A DNA stretch of 64,000 bases from the human T2T-CHM13v2.0 reference genome, Homo sapiens (GCF_009914755.1 NC_060928.1); one strand, 5' to 3'; shown: positions 1 to 14,555, counted from the first letter of the stretch. The notes: generated by a model from the sequence alone, not told the origin. A program made the numbers and translations.

Positions 1-189
1 TAGAGTAGTTTAAATGAAAGGAGATCTAGTCTCACTTTTAATCTTCCTAGATGTAAATATTAAAGATTTCCTTATATTTTATATTATGCTCTGATAACTT
101 TTTCATTCACTGAAAAAAGGACTGTGCTGCCATAGAATGAAAACATTGAACGAAAACTTCCATAATGCCTTATCAAAGGAATTAAAGAG

Positions 190-930
190 TTTTAACAAAC
201 ATAAAAGGAACATGCTGTGATTACTAGGATGCCACATGGATTTACTAAGAAGGCTAACTTACTTTTCATTTTGGACAGGATTACTAGATTACATCTGGAA
301 AATATGACTAGTATGGCATAAATGAATTTTTGCTTGGCAGAAGGCTGGATTTTTCTTGATGTTGTTATGCTAGTGTACAAGTAGCAGTATGGGCCAGATT
401 AAAAACGGGTTGAATTACCACATCTGACATGTGCTGATCAGTTTTATCCATTAAGGGAGTTGGTGCTTGGTATGCTCTAAGACTGTCTATATTTCAATCT
501 GTCTGGTCCTCTTCTTTTTTTCAATGGTTCGAATGAAAATATGGGTAGCATGTTTATCTGATGTGTGGCTAGCATTCATTGTAAATCAAAAATTGCCTGT
601 GGTGCAATAAATATGGCAGTAAATAAAGACAGACATGGCCCCTATCATACCTTTAGAGCTATCAAATGAGGTAACAGAATTAGGAGCTAAAATGACCTCA
701 GCAGGTTATAATAATGTAATTAAATTTAATAGGGATAAATAACTAGTCCTGCATTTGGGCAAAGATCTGGCTTAGAAACAAAACCTTTGAAAAAGACTTA
801 GGATTTTAGTTGATAACACGCTCAATATCTGTCCAACAGTGTGATTCAACTTTCCCTCCAAAAAAGCTAACATAATTTTAAGCTGCATTAATGGAAGTGT
901 AAACTATAGAATAGTAATTCACATTTTTTC
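190..930 (+). mobile_element. L3/CR1 LINE remnant
   Basis: CR1-like motifs gtgattactagga..catggatttactaaga and aaagacttaggattttagttga...aaaagctaacataattttaagctgcattaa. Confidence 0.55.
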
Positions 931-2764
931 CTCATCCTAAACCCTGAAAAATATTATATATGTACATTTCAATGAATCACTAACTACAGTGACCCTCGAA
1001 GCATGATTTCCTAAGAAAGTATGTTTCGCAATCTTCTTGGGGTGGGGAAAAGAGAAAGGGTACATAGTTTGAAGCCGTATCTATTCTCTGGAGATCTAAT
1101 AAGTTGTCTGCTTACACATAGGCAAGTATCACACATGGGGGGCACCTATGAGAACGTGGGGCACATGTGAGTGTTTTGTGGTGAATTCTTGAGCTAGAGG
1201 GTACCAGTGTTGTAAAAAATTTCTTTTCAGATGCCTTTCTGTCCTATGACTTTTATTATCTAAGCATATTTTTCTTCGTTATATAAATATTATTAACATT
1301 GTCCCCAAAGCCATATATTTTTCTAAGGTTTAAGGGATGGTAAGGGACAGGTTTTTATCTGTAACTTCAGGGTACTGCAATCTCTCTGTCTACATGTTGT
1401 TTATGTGTATGTATGTATGTTTTAGGTAAACTAGACAAACTTAATTATTTTTGATAAAAATTTTTGCAAAAAAGCTCATTACAAATTTATTTTGAAAAAA
1501 ATGATAAAAGACATTATGGTTAAAGAACAGCATTTATAGTAAAATGTTTAAAGTGTTTTTTCACTCTTTCTTGATTTGAGAGTTGGTTTGGCAAGACTGT
1601 GTAACTATGAAATATTTAATATTTGCAGACTTAATGAGTGACTGAATTGTTGCTAATGTTTTCCAATGTTTGGGGTGGTTATAATTCTCACACCAGAGAA
1701 GAAATTAGAAGATTGTTGCCTGCCCTAGTTTGCATATTTGTATACAAAGGGAAGAAGAGGTAATCATATCTCCTTTCTTCTTCAGGGAGAAACAATAAAG
1801 AAACATGAATAAATAAAATGAACTAGCTGTGTTGTCCTCAATTGCAGATCTATATCATTTCTTACCTCTCTTTCCTACTCATTTCTCCTGTATAGTAAAA
1901 TACAGTTCACAGAATGATACTATTTGTATCATTTATAAGTGAAGACTGACCTGTATGAGAAGTGTTAAAAACTCCACTACATTTTTACATTGGAAATTAT
2001 TAACAAACTTTTCTGAAAAGAAAAAAACCATCAAGTTTAGTTCTGTTGCTAAACATAGCTTAAGCCTGTTCAAATTCAACAGAGGTCAGAAAGGCATATT
2101 ATCTGCATATTAGCAGCCTATTCTTCTCTTGGAGAATATCTAAGTACGCAAGGAGATCCAAGAGAAGATGGGTTATCAGGATGTGAAGAGTAGTTACCTG
2201 TGGCCAAAGTTTGGAGAAAGTATCTATGTTCAGAGATTTTACCTTGAAAAAATGTGTCTGGAAAGTTAGATTTTTTTGAAAAAGTATAATAATATAATAC
2301 TTATATTCCATTTGCTAGAGTGTTAGTTTCTGAAGTGCTTTCTTCTACAGTCTCATACTTTTGTCAGACATAAAATTCTAACATCCCTAAAATTTTTAAA
2401 AAACAAATTCTATGTTCTATAAATATGAATATGAACATAACTCTTACTACATGGAAATTAGTCTGTGAATGACCTGGGAAGGAATTTAAAGAATCAAATG
2501 AAAAATTCTTTAAGAAATGAAAATAAGCTATGTGCCTCCCATCTGATTACCATTTAACTGCCATATAGGTATGATTTGGTCTCATCATCGCATTTGATAC
2601 TATCAACCATGTGCCTTCCTTGAGTGTTTTATCATGTTGGAGTCTCTTTGTTATGACCCTCTCATTTCTCCTATTTAGTCTCCTTTAATGACATCTTTGT
2701 GAGTTCATTCAACAAATAAAGACATTCCTTAAGGTCCTGTTCTTAAAAACTCAGTTTTTGAAAA

Positions 2765-3530
<766 letters not shown>

Positions 3531-3586
3531 GGAAGCTCTTCCACTTCCACAGCTTCAATTCTCAGCTCCACGCAGAAGACTCCTAT

Positions 3587-3769
3587 CACACACCCGGGCC
3601 TGTCGAGGGGTGAAAGGGTAGGGGAGGGACAGCATTAGGAGAAATACCTAACGTAGATAACGGGTTGATGGGTGCAGCAAACCACTATGGCACAGGTATA
3701 CCTATGTAACAAACCTGCATGTTCTGCACATTTACCCTAGAACTTAAAATATGATAATAATAATAAAAA
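3587..3769 (+). mobile_element. 5'-truncated L1 3' end (L1PA7/8-like)
   Basis: L1PA 3'UTR with A-rich tail; TSD aaga(c/t)tcctat at 3576-3586 and 3770-3780. Confidence 0.9.
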
Positions 3770-4189
3770 AAGATTCCTATGACTATCTTAACTGTTAGCA
3801 CCATTACTAAATTTCTGACTGATGGCTGAATATCTACACGTGAATGTTTTCATGTCACCTTCAACTCAAACTCATTATCTTTTATCTGGACAACTGCAGC
3901 AGTCTCCTAATTGGTTATCCAGATGCAAACCTCTCTGCTTTAATCAACAGAAACCAGGGTGCGCTAAGTTCAAACCAGAGAATAGGAACATGTATCTATG
4001 AAGATCAATAGGACTTCAATAGTTCAATGCCATGCAGTCTTAGCACCTAAGATCTCCATTTGATTAGTATTGCTTTAAGTAACATGTAAAAGACACCTTC
4101 CAAATTCTTAAATATCAAGTTCCATAAATACTGAAAACCGTAAGTTAAAAATGAAGCACTACAATCATACATTAAAATACATGACAGCA

Positions 4190-4676
4190 TCATTTTAGAA
4201 AGTGCACAATTTATTACATTTATGAGTTCATAATAAAATGGATACTTAGGAACTTTAAAAATGAGTTAGAAGTAACAATTAGATGTAAAATTCTCAAATC
4301 TTGGAAACTGAAATATTAAATTCTAGAATTTTCTTAAAAACTCTTTCTTATGAAAGAGAAATTTGCATAGTTTGAAAATTATTATGTCCTTTCAAGGGAA
4401 AAAGGAGGAATTAAAAAACAGACACATTGATGAAGGCAATGAGTTCTTCTCAGCTGGTTTATTCTCCACTGAAGCTCAATATAGGATTATATTTTCTTTA
4501 CTTACAGGAAGTGGTCACTGCTCTGTTTTCCAATAACCCTCAAAACAGAACAACAATGCTTACGCGAAATAACACAAGCCTTAACTATTATACTTTGCAG
4601 GCTTTACCATTTCAATACACTTCTAGTCCAACTGCTTTCCCAACTCTAAAGTTCTGTGAGTGAACTATGAATATTT
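4190..4676 (-). other. SCLT1: SCLT1 3'UTR (end approximate)
   Basis: Repeat-free AU-rich sequence between the stop codon and the distal AATAAA. Confidence 0.7.
4210..4215 (-). terminator. Distal polyadenylation signal AATAAA of SCLT1
   Basis: tttatt on the + strand about 460 nt after the stop, followed on the minus strand by U/GU-rich sequence. Confidence 0.7.
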
Positions 4677-4739
4677 TTAAATATTTTCCAGATTCATCAG
4701 GGAGGCTGCTTTTCTTCTCTGCACTGTAATCACACTGAG
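4677..4739 (-). CDS. SCLT1: SCLT1 terminal coding exon (probably exon 21), LSVITVQRRKAASLMNLENI*
   Basis: Acceptor ttgcag|CTC and TAA stop at 4679-4677; matches the SCLT1 C-terminus as I recall it. Confidence 0.93.
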   Translation of the reverse strand, partial: LSVITVQRRKAASLMNLENI

Positions 4740-4868
4740 CTGCAATTAAAATAAACAATCGGTAAGTAGTTACTTTTTCTGTGGAAAATCTTAGATTAAT
4801 ACAAAGAAGAATGCATCACAACCTATAAGTACTGAAATGGTCTTATTGGAAAGGGTTTTGTAAATGAT

Positions 4869-5143
4869 CTTTTTCTTTTTGAGGCAATCTTGCTCTGTTG
4901 CCCAGGCTGGAGTACAGTGGTACAATCACAGCTCAATGTAGCCTTGACCTCCCAGGATCAAGTGATCCTTCTACTTCAGCCTCTTCAGTAGCCACTACAC
5001 CTGGTTAATTTTAATTTTTAATTTTTTTCAGAGACAGGGTCTCACTACGTTGCCCAGACCAGCCTTGAACTCTTGGGCTCAAGCAATCCACCCACCTTGG
5101 TCTCAAAGTACTGGGATTATAGGTGTAAGCCACTGTGCCCAGT
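4869..5143 (-). mobile_element. Alu (AluJ-type)
   Basis: Diverged antisense Alu dimer. Confidence 0.9.
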
Positions 5144-5429
5144 CAGTGATCATTTTAAAATTAATTTCTATTTTACTCTTGAAACTTTAAAATGTCTATT
5201 AATTTAGAGAAATGCAGGTCAAATAAGACATTCTATAGCTCAGGGTGATACGCTTAGAATTGTAAAACATATTCCAGATGGATGAAAAACATCTACATAA
5301 AAGTTAATCAGGAAAGTTTCTAAAACACAAACTAATGTAAGCCAACACAATGCAAGGCTGATAATAAAGTGATGATAGATTATAACAAGTCTAATAGAAA
5401 AATAATCTTTAAATGTTAGTAGGAATTAA

Positions 5430-6375
5430 TAACATATACACATAGTAAAAAAAGATCTAACAGTACAAAACGGTAGACAGCATAAAGGAAGTCTCGTTCC
5501 CATTGCTGTCTTTCATTCCATAGACCCCTCTCCAGATACAACCACTATTTCCAGTTTTAAAGTATGTTTCCGTAAATATTTTAAATGAGAATATATGTAT
5601 TTCTTCATTCCTTTAATTTAAAAAATGATGAAAGTATTATAAACACTTTTCATCTTGTGTTTTTCTTCTAAATAATCTACCTTAGAAATAGCTCTATATT
5701 AGGCCTACTATACTTTATTCCTCTTAATAGCTGCAAACTGTTCCTCTGTGTGAATACTCCATATAACCAGTCTGCTATTGTTGGGTATTTGTATGGTTTT
5801 TAATCTTTTAAAAGGAGAGACAATGCTTCAATCAGTATTTTTATATGTTTGCTTCCTGGCAAAAATGTTTCCAGGTGCAAGTGTGGGTCAAAGGTTATAT
5901 ACATTTACAGTTTTTGAAAGATACTGCCAAACTGTGCTCCGGAGACTGTACCAACATGTGCTTATATCAATAATATGTGAAAGTGCCAGCACAATGCATT
6001 TCCAAACTTCATGATCTGATAGGTAAAAAATGATGTGATTACAGTTTAAATTTGTATTTGTCTTATAGGTGAGGATGAACATCTTTTTAAATGTTTAAAA
6101 GCCATCTGTCCTTCTTTCTCCATAAACTTCCTTTATATATTTGTCTACCGGACTGTGGCATTTTTTGAAAACTTAGGTATCCTTTATATGTGTTTAGGGC
6201 ATTAGCCTTTTGTCATATATGGTACAAATATTTTTCTCGGTTTGTCACTGACTTTATGACTTTTTCTGATACAGAAATTTGAAACTGTGATTATATTTAT
6301 TAATTTTTTTCTTAGCTTCTAGGTTTTGTGTTCTTGCATTGAAAGGCTTCACCACGCTGATTTAAAAAACTCATA
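5430..6375 (-). mobile_element. Ancient L1M (L1ME-like) 3' remnant
   Basis: Antisense L1M motifs such as gatactgccaaactgtgctcc, tttaaatttgtatttg and gaacatcttttt. Confidence 0.6.
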
Positions 6376-8189
6376 TGTTAACAGAACACAGTATGGCATT
6401 CAACTATTTAGAGTGATACACTTAGAATGGATGAATAACGTGTAGAGAAAGTTAATCAGAAAAGCACATTTAGAGCACAGTGCATCAGCACGATTCAGGG
6501 CTTGTATTGAACCAGTAACACGATGCTGCACTGCACTATGGTAAGTGTGATGTGTCAGAGATGATAATAATTTTTAAATTTTCTTCATTTTGTTAATATG
6601 CATTTAGTAGGATATTATTTCTAATAGCACTTTTTCAGTTTTTATAGGAAAATTAGAAGATTCAGAGAGGGTAAAGATAAAAATTAAAAAAATAAAATGT
6701 ACGTCTTACAAACAAAGTTGATCACTTGGACTCATTTAAAACAGAAAAAATATTAACTCCAGGGAAGAAATTCCTTTTTGGGTAAGGGAAAAGTGCTGAA
6801 TAATTACCTTCCATCTTCAAATAAGAACAGAATGGAAGGAGAAAAGCTTAGGGAAAGATTTGTTACAGAACAATTCGTGAAGTGGTTACTGACAAAACAT
6901 TTTAAAAAGGTTAGTCAAAAGAACGGTGGAATCTTTGCCATTGGAGAGTTTAAACAACAGAAGAAACATCAGTACTAGACTGTTTAGGTTTAATTTTTTC
7001 AGGGGAGAAACTAAACTAGATGCTAACTGGTTATATAATTAATGTCCTGTAATCGTTCCCTTTTTACTATAGAACTCAAGGTAGTTGATTTTCGTAGACG
7101 TTTTCTTTGCCATTTGCCTTAAAAAAGGTAAACGTGAAGCTTTAAGGATTATGATACAGAAATTTAATTTCTTACATATCTGTCTAAATATCTACTTACC
7201 ACTATAGGAAATGCTTTACATGTGTTAATTCTTTTGATCCTTTAATAACCGTATGAGGGAGGTATTATTATCCTATATTAAACATGAGGAAACTGAGGCT
7301 TAGAGAAGTTGAAATTGCCCAAAGTCACAAGCTTTTACTTAATGGCACTAAATGGCACTAAGCGATTTGCCTGACACCAAAACACATACTTGCCAGATAC
7401 TGTCCAGTGCACCTAACTTCTGTTACCTTATAACCTAAATACATTCTTGCATAATTAGCTAACCCATTAGTTAATTCATAACTTCATAAGACATAAAAAT
7501 TATTTGAAAAGGCTGTAATTACTTTCAAGAGGGAGAGTAACAGAAGGATAAATTATTATTAAATTTTCTTTAAGTGGCATGCCATGTTCATAACAGAAGT
7601 AGATTCAAAAAAATCTGTAAATATCATGAACATAAACTGAATTCAGCAAGCAGAGTGGCTTTACTATGTATAAAATGCTGTAATAGTTAAGAATAATATT
7701 AATTTTGATTGAAATAATACATTTATAAGCAAATATAATTAATAATATAGTAATTTGATTTGTTTTTGTTTTCTCGCCTCCCGTATCTATCTATCCATTT
7801 CAACTGTCTGTGTCTAGTCTATAATCACTGAACTGGTCTCATTTTGTTCCTCATATGAGGGACTATTGCTCCTACTTTACAATCAAGGGCCTACTTCATT
7901 TATATGATGTGTGTGTATTAAGAGAAATTATCCCTTAGTATTTCATTGTTATTCTGCATTTTCTACTCTATTTCCCACTGGACAACTTTTATATTGTATT
8001 TTAGATTTTTTTGGTCATATGAAAATATGCATTAAGTAAATTAACTTGTAAGCCAAGGAATTTTTTTCCACTGATAAGTAAAATAAAAACAAAGTTAGTG
8101 AAATTTGAAATATTACATTCAAAGCAATATTATCTACTTTCAAATCTGTTAGTGAATCTCTGCCTGGTTTTAGATAGGACATAATTCTA

Positions 8190-8398
8190 GAGCAGTGTTG
8201 TGTAACAGAACTTTTTGTTATGACAGAAATGTTCCACATCTATGCTGTCCAATGTGATAGCCCTAGCTACATACAGCTATTGAGCACTTGAAATCTGACT
8301 AGTATGATGGATGATTTCAATTTTAAATTTAATTTAATTTAAATTAATTTAAATATAAATAGTGGCCTGTGGCTAGAGGCTATGATTGTTAGACAGTA
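8190..8398. mobile_element. MER3-like hAT-Charlie MITE
   Basis: agaactttttgttatgacagaaatgttc..gctgtccaat..gctattgagcacttgaaat..gtggctag matches MER3. Confidence 0.75.
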
Positions 8399-8414
8399 TA
8401 TGTCTTTTCTGTTT

Positions 8415-8718
8415 TTTTTTTTTTTGTTGATACAGAGTGAGGGTCTCACTCTGTCCGCCAGGCTGGAGTGCAGTAGCACAAACGTGGCTCACTGCAGCTT
8501 CGACTTCTTGGGCCCACGCCATCCTCCTGCCTCAGCCTTCCCAGTAGTTGGAAACAGAGATATGCGCCACTATATTTGGCTAATTTTTAAAATTTTTTGT
8601 AGAGAAAAGGTATTGCCATGTTTTGCAGGATGGTCTTGAACTCCTGGCCTCAAGTGATCCTCCTGCCTAGGCCTCCCAAATTGCTGGCATTACAGTTGCG
8701 AGCCACCACGCATAGCTT
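8415..8718 (-). mobile_element. Alu (AluJ-type)
   Basis: Antisense Alu dimer about 160 nt from exon 20. Confidence 0.9.
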
Positions 8719-8878
8719 ATTTTTGTTTCCAATGTTTACTTTTTCAACCTCACATATTAAAGGGATTAATTTTAAAATATGTTAATCTAGTAAAAATAAA
8801 CTATTAAGTTCCCTGGGAACTTCTAAAAAACTTATCTTTGAACTGTTTATTATCTAGGGATAAGAGGATGCTCCCTAC

Positions 8879-8974
8879 CTGCTGGGAAGCTGAAGCAGCT
8901 CTCTCTTCTGCCTGACTTAGACGCCTTTGAAGTCTGTTGGCTTTTTCTTGATGCTCTAGAATTAGCTTTTCATT
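8879..8974 (-). CDS. SCLT1: SCLT1 coding exon (probably exon 20), 96 nt, NEKLILEHQEKANRLQRRLSQAEERAASASQQ
   Basis: Acceptor tccccttaatag|AAT and donor CAG|gtaggg; 32 open codons, phase 0-0. Confidence 0.94.
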
Positions 8975-9254
8975 CTATTAAGGGGAAATAGAAAACAAGT
9001 TAGAAATCCATATGTGACATGGAGATGTTTTGTGGAATAATCAACGAAAAATCTGGACATCACTTTACCACTTATAAAATACAAAGAATATTATCTCCAA
9101 ATTTACATTTTTCAAGTTATGAGCTTTAAAATACAAACTTTGTTTTACATTCTTAATAAATTGTTTTCTTTCTCCCACATGCCAGCAAAGAAAGTGAATT
9201 AACAAATCTCAAAGCAAAATGACTCGGAAGAATAAGACTTTCAATTTGTGAAGG

Positions 9255-9370
9255 TCACTGCTTCAGAATCACCTGGACTGTGAAAACACAGACTGCTGGG
9301 CCTTACAACCAGAGCTTTAGTAGGGGTGGGATGAACTGTTTCTGTATGTTCCCCAAGACATCTGCATACT
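9255..9370. mobile_element. MER5-like fragment
   Basis: tcagaatcacctgga..aaaacacagactgctgggcc motif. Confidence 0.5.
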
Positions 9371-9406
9371 CCAGAGTCTATTAGGGTCAAAAGAGCTATT
9401 AGGCAC

Positions 9407-9813
9407 TGTTAGGGGTTGAATTGTGTCCTAACCCCCAGTATCTGGGAATGTGACCTTATTTGGAAAGAGAGTCCTTGCTGATGATCAAGTTGAGATGAGA
9501 TCATTAGGGTGGACCATAATCCATATGACTGGTGTCTTCATAAAAGGGGAAATTTGGACACAGAGACACACATGTACAAAGGAAAGACAAGTTGAAGACA
9601 CAGAGAGAACACAATCTACAAGCCAAAGAATGTCTGAGGCTACCAGAAGCTGGGAGAAAGGCATGGAACAGATTCTCCCTCACAGCTCTCAGAAGGAACT
9701 AACAATGTCAATACCTCAATTTTGGACTTCTAGCCTCTGGAACTAAGAGACAATTATTTTGCGTTGTTTAAGCCACCCAGTTTCTAATACTTTGTTATGG
9801 CAAGAACTATACA
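9407..9813 (+). mobile_element. MLT1B-like solo LTR (ERVL-MaLR)
   Basis: TG...CA ends, gaatgtgaccttatttgga core and 5-bp TSD ggca(c/t). Confidence 0.85.
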
Positions 9814-11258
9814 GGCATCATGAATACAAAGCTGTCACAACATACTGTCAGACAGACAAGTGCAAATAATCTATCAATTAAAAAATGGAAATTAAAAAAT
9901 GGATTAGCTCTCTCCACACTTACTAGCCTGGTTATAGTACATCTGAAAAAAATATTTTTGTACAACTAGAATTGTTAAACAGTTTTTCTGGCACTTATCT
10001 GAATGAGATAATAATACAAGCCTAATCAGGAAGAGTTAGAAAAACACATTTTCTATGAAGAACCAGAAACTTATAGTTCCCATGTCCTAACATACAAGTG
10101 ATAAGAATGAATGTTATGGCTATTACAGTAATATAAAATATTGAAATAACAGTATCCTGCTAAAATGAGCTTATTATATTTCTTATTATGCCCAAAAGCA
10201 AAATTAAATGTTATGAAGAGAACTATATTGGCTGGTCCAATTTACCAAGATGTTTAAATATGTAGCCTCTAAATTTTAAGAAGCACATCATATGCTAGAG
10301 AAAACGGGGGAAAAAATTCCATCATCTGTAATAATCATTTTCATATTTATACGCAGACTTCATATAATGCAACTTCTTCTATACTGCTACCATAATGGTT
10401 GAGGAACAGTTCAGATTGGATAAATCCTAGTATATGCAACTGTTCCTTTTCTATTCATCATTTTGGTTGCTTTTGATCTTCCTATATTATTAACATTACT
10501 GTACTGAGTACCTTCTTTCAAATTTTTTTTGTATTTTAAATTACTCATTAGAATAGATATCTGGAAATGGGAGCTACCTGAAAGATTATTTCAATGGCTA
10601 TTCCTCAATTAACTTCTAAATGGCTCATATCAATTCATAATGCCATGATGCTTAGGAGTAACGATTTCACTATAGCTACTACAGTAGACCACAAAGATGG
10701 AGTAGACCATATATTCAGAGAAATTCCAACAAACATTTGAAGTTAGAACATCAAATGAAGAGATCTAAAAAGCCTCAATCATAATCCAAAAATTGTTTAC
10801 TTTTTGAATGCCTCAAGGAAAAAAACTTGAACTCTTGCTATATTTAGTTCTAAGGCATAAATCTAAATATATTTTAATATATTCCAGTAGGCAAAAGTAT
10901 TTTTTATGTGATGTGTCTTTTGGGATGGATTAAAATGAAAAAAGATGAATGGGTTAAAAAATAATTTTAGAGATGCATAAGAATAAAGGGGATCCTAATA
11001 CGTTCTCTGAAATACTACACAAGTTCTATTGGTAAAACAGAAATAAGAGCTCTACCTTTTATTATTTACATATGATGAATCACTGATGTTCAAAGCTTTT
11101 ATTCACATTATATTGCGTGTGGGCTTTTAGGGTTATGGATGATTTCTGTATTGTTATTTCCAAGTAGAGAAATAATTTGGATTTGGCTCAGGTAAAATTC
11201 TATAACATGTGTATCATGCTGCAGCAGAAAGCACTTCCCAGGGGAGTCATTATCTCAC

Positions 11259-11337
11259 CTCAGCTACCTTTTCATTTGCCATTTCCAGCTGAGAAAGCAG
11301 CTCTTGGGTATGAAGTTTCTGTCGACTCAGCTCACTC
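11259..11337 (-). CDS. SCLT1: SCLT1 coding exon (probably exon 19), 79 nt, (K)SELSRQKLHTQELLSQLEMANEKVAE
   Basis: Acceptor ctcttaatag|G and donor GAG|gtgaga. The first base completes AA+G=Lys, followed by 26 open codons. Confidence 0.94.
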
Positions 11338-11520
11338 CTATTAAGAGCACCAAAAAATCCATTAATATAATTGTTCCAAATAGAAAACAGAATCTTTATT
11401 AGCAAGATACATGTTCATGATTTGAACAAAAATATCATCTTGAGGTGGAAAATAAAGTCACTTACTAATAGACCATATCTCAAGGACTTGTTTATTTCTT
11501 TTTAACAAAACACACATATA

Positions 11521-11690
11521 CTCTAGAGATTAGTTGCACAACAATGTGTATACATGTAACACTATTGGATTGTACACTTAAAAATAGTTAAGGTGGTAAG
11601 TTTTATGTGTATTTTATCATAATTTAAAAAATTTTATCACAATTAAAATGGTAAATTTTATGTATATTTTGCCAAACTAAAAAAAGCAAA
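11521..11690 (+). mobile_element. L1MB-like 3' end fragment
   Basis: gttgcacaacaatgtg..tgtacacttaaaaatagttaaggtggtaagttttatg. Confidence 0.7.
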
Positions 11691-11843
11691 ATAAAAATAC
11701 ATATTTTAAAAGTACAAAAGTATCTTCAACATTATTTTGAGATACTATTAGACACTAAAATAAAAGCATACTCATATTAAAAAGATACAGTATTTATTAT
11801 TACAAAATCTTGTAAGCTACTGTGCTTCTTAGCTATAATATGC

Positions 11844-12144
<301 letters not shown>

Positions 12145-13739
12145 TAGTATGCATTTGTAAGATTCATATACAGTGCTTTTTAGGGGAGCTCAACTCTTAG
12201 AAATTTAAGGAAACATTAATTACTCCAGTATCACTTCAGTGCAGTATAGTTAGAATTCTTATTTATGTTTTGGTTGTAAATGTACTGTGTTTTACTCATT
12301 CATATCATTTATGCTTCATTAGCTGAAATTATCTTACGCACAGAACTGTCTTCTTCTTCTTGTTCAACGTATAAGTATTCTATTGCTTTTAGCCAAATGT
12401 CACTTCAAGAGTTTCAGGTTAAGGGTACATACAATGTAGCCTTAAAAGTAATCTGAACAAATATCAGATAAATTTGTGAGTATTACATATAAGGAATCAA
12501 TGACATTCAAAGCTTTTCTTCACATCACACTGTGTGTGAACTTTTAGGGTTATGATGATTATGGATGATTTCTGTATCATTATTTCCAAGTAGAGAATTA
12601 ATTTGGATTTGGCTTAGGTGAAATCCTTGATTCAGTATTGGCTTTTATCCTTTGACCTTACTTGTGCTTCTTAAATCAATCAACAGATTAGCACTTCCAA
12701 AATAACTTCAGCTTTGATTTTTTTCAAATGAGCCAGCAAACAGCCTAAAAACTTGGTAAGCCTCTCAAGTATCCTATAGTTGAGTGAATAGTTGCTAAAA
12801 ATAACAAGTAATTTGTTATAAATATATAAAACAGAAAGCAATGTCATCCACTATTCAATTATACAAATAGTTACTGAACATTCGTTACAGGCCAGGTGCA
12901 AGGTATGTGGTGGCAAACATAATTGTTGTCATCACAGAACTGACAGACTACGAGGGAGATCAGTTATTCTAACTTAGTGATTTCATAAACACAGTTTCAT
13001 TGACTATGAGGAGTTTGGGTATCTATCATTAATTCCATGACAGACAAACCAAAATATATTGTTTTAGCTTTGAGTGATAATGACAAAATAGAATAAATTA
13101 TTATGCTTACTTTAATGTATCTTGTGCAGCTTAAAATTACTGCCCAACCATCCCCCCGACAACATAAGAAAAAAAACAACTAAAGAATGATAAACAAAAT
13201 GACTAGTGGTCAGTCTTCTAGGTCAAATGTAATTACAGGTAAAAGTTACGCATATTAGTGCTGATGAAAAATAAATTGTGAGTATAATTGAGATTAAGAA
13301 GAAACGATGAACACATTTATAAAGTTAGCCAACATTCAGTTTACACAAAACCTTTTCAGGAAAACACCTACTGGTATAATTTCATGCCTAAACTATTCAC
13401 TTACTTACTCAAGACAATCTTAATGATGGATAGTAATGATTTTCCACAATATTTAAGATCACAAAGACACAAATCATTAAATGAAAATATACTTTGTTAC
13501 CCTTAATCTATGTAAATATTTATCTCTTTATATATCAAGCTCTGTCTCCCCCATTGGATAGTGAGCAACTTCGTTATTCATCTTTGTACTCAACAAAGCT
13601 TGGCAAATAATAGTGAAAATGATGTGATGATGATAATAAGAGCAAACATTTCCATAGTATTTGCTTACAATGTGCCAGGCACTGTTCTAGGTGCTTTCAT
13701 AAATTAATTTAATATTTAGTTTGCATGACTAATATATAA

Positions 13740-14036
<297 letters not shown>

Positions 14037-14123
14037 CCGAAATCCCAATTTTTACATATGAGAAAATTAAAAAACAGAAATTAAAAAAATAAGTAACTTG
14101 CCTAGGGTCACATAGCCTGTCAG

Positions 14124-14436
14124 GTTTTTTGTTTGTTTGTTTGTTTGTTTTTTGAGAGAGGGTCTCACTCTGTCACCCAGGCCAGAGTGCAGTGGCACAA
14201 TCACGGCTCACTGCAGCCTGCACCTCCCAGGCTCAGGTGGTCCTCTTGCCTCAGCCTCCTGAGTAGCTGAGCCTTCAGGTGCATGCCATCATGCCCGGCT
14301 AGTTTTTTTGTATTTTTTGTAGAGATAGGGTTTTACCATATTGCCCAGGTTGATCTAGAACTCCTGGGCTTAAGCAGTCCTCCCACCTTGGCCTCCTGAA
14401 GTGTTGGGATTACAGGTGTGAGCCACTGCATCTGGC
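14124..14436 (-). mobile_element. Alu (AluJ-type) with (TTTG)n tail
   Basis: Antisense dimer. Confidence 0.9.
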
Positions 14437-14555
14437 TGCTTGTCAGTTGTAGAGTCAAGGTTAAAAAAACTTGGTCCTTTGATTCCAAAGTCCGTGCTCT
14501 TAACCACTGCCCTATACTGCAACATGGCAGGCAAATAATGAAAGTTCATTGAGTA

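Noticed and set aside
2099-2311. 70-aa minus-strand ORF with two donor-like sites (cag|gtaa, aag|gtaa) downstream of SCLT1
   Set aside because: No recognisable protein and no convincing acceptor; an exon cannot be supported from sequence alone.
11072-11087. ATGATGA...CTGA as a C/D-box snoRNA
   Set aside because: The boxes are only a few nt apart, lie antisense to the host transcript, and box C is not kept in the duplicate copy.
11335-11340. NAGNAG acceptor (TAG GAG) at exon 19
   Set aside because: GAG acceptors are strongly disfavoured, and there is no support beyond the motif.
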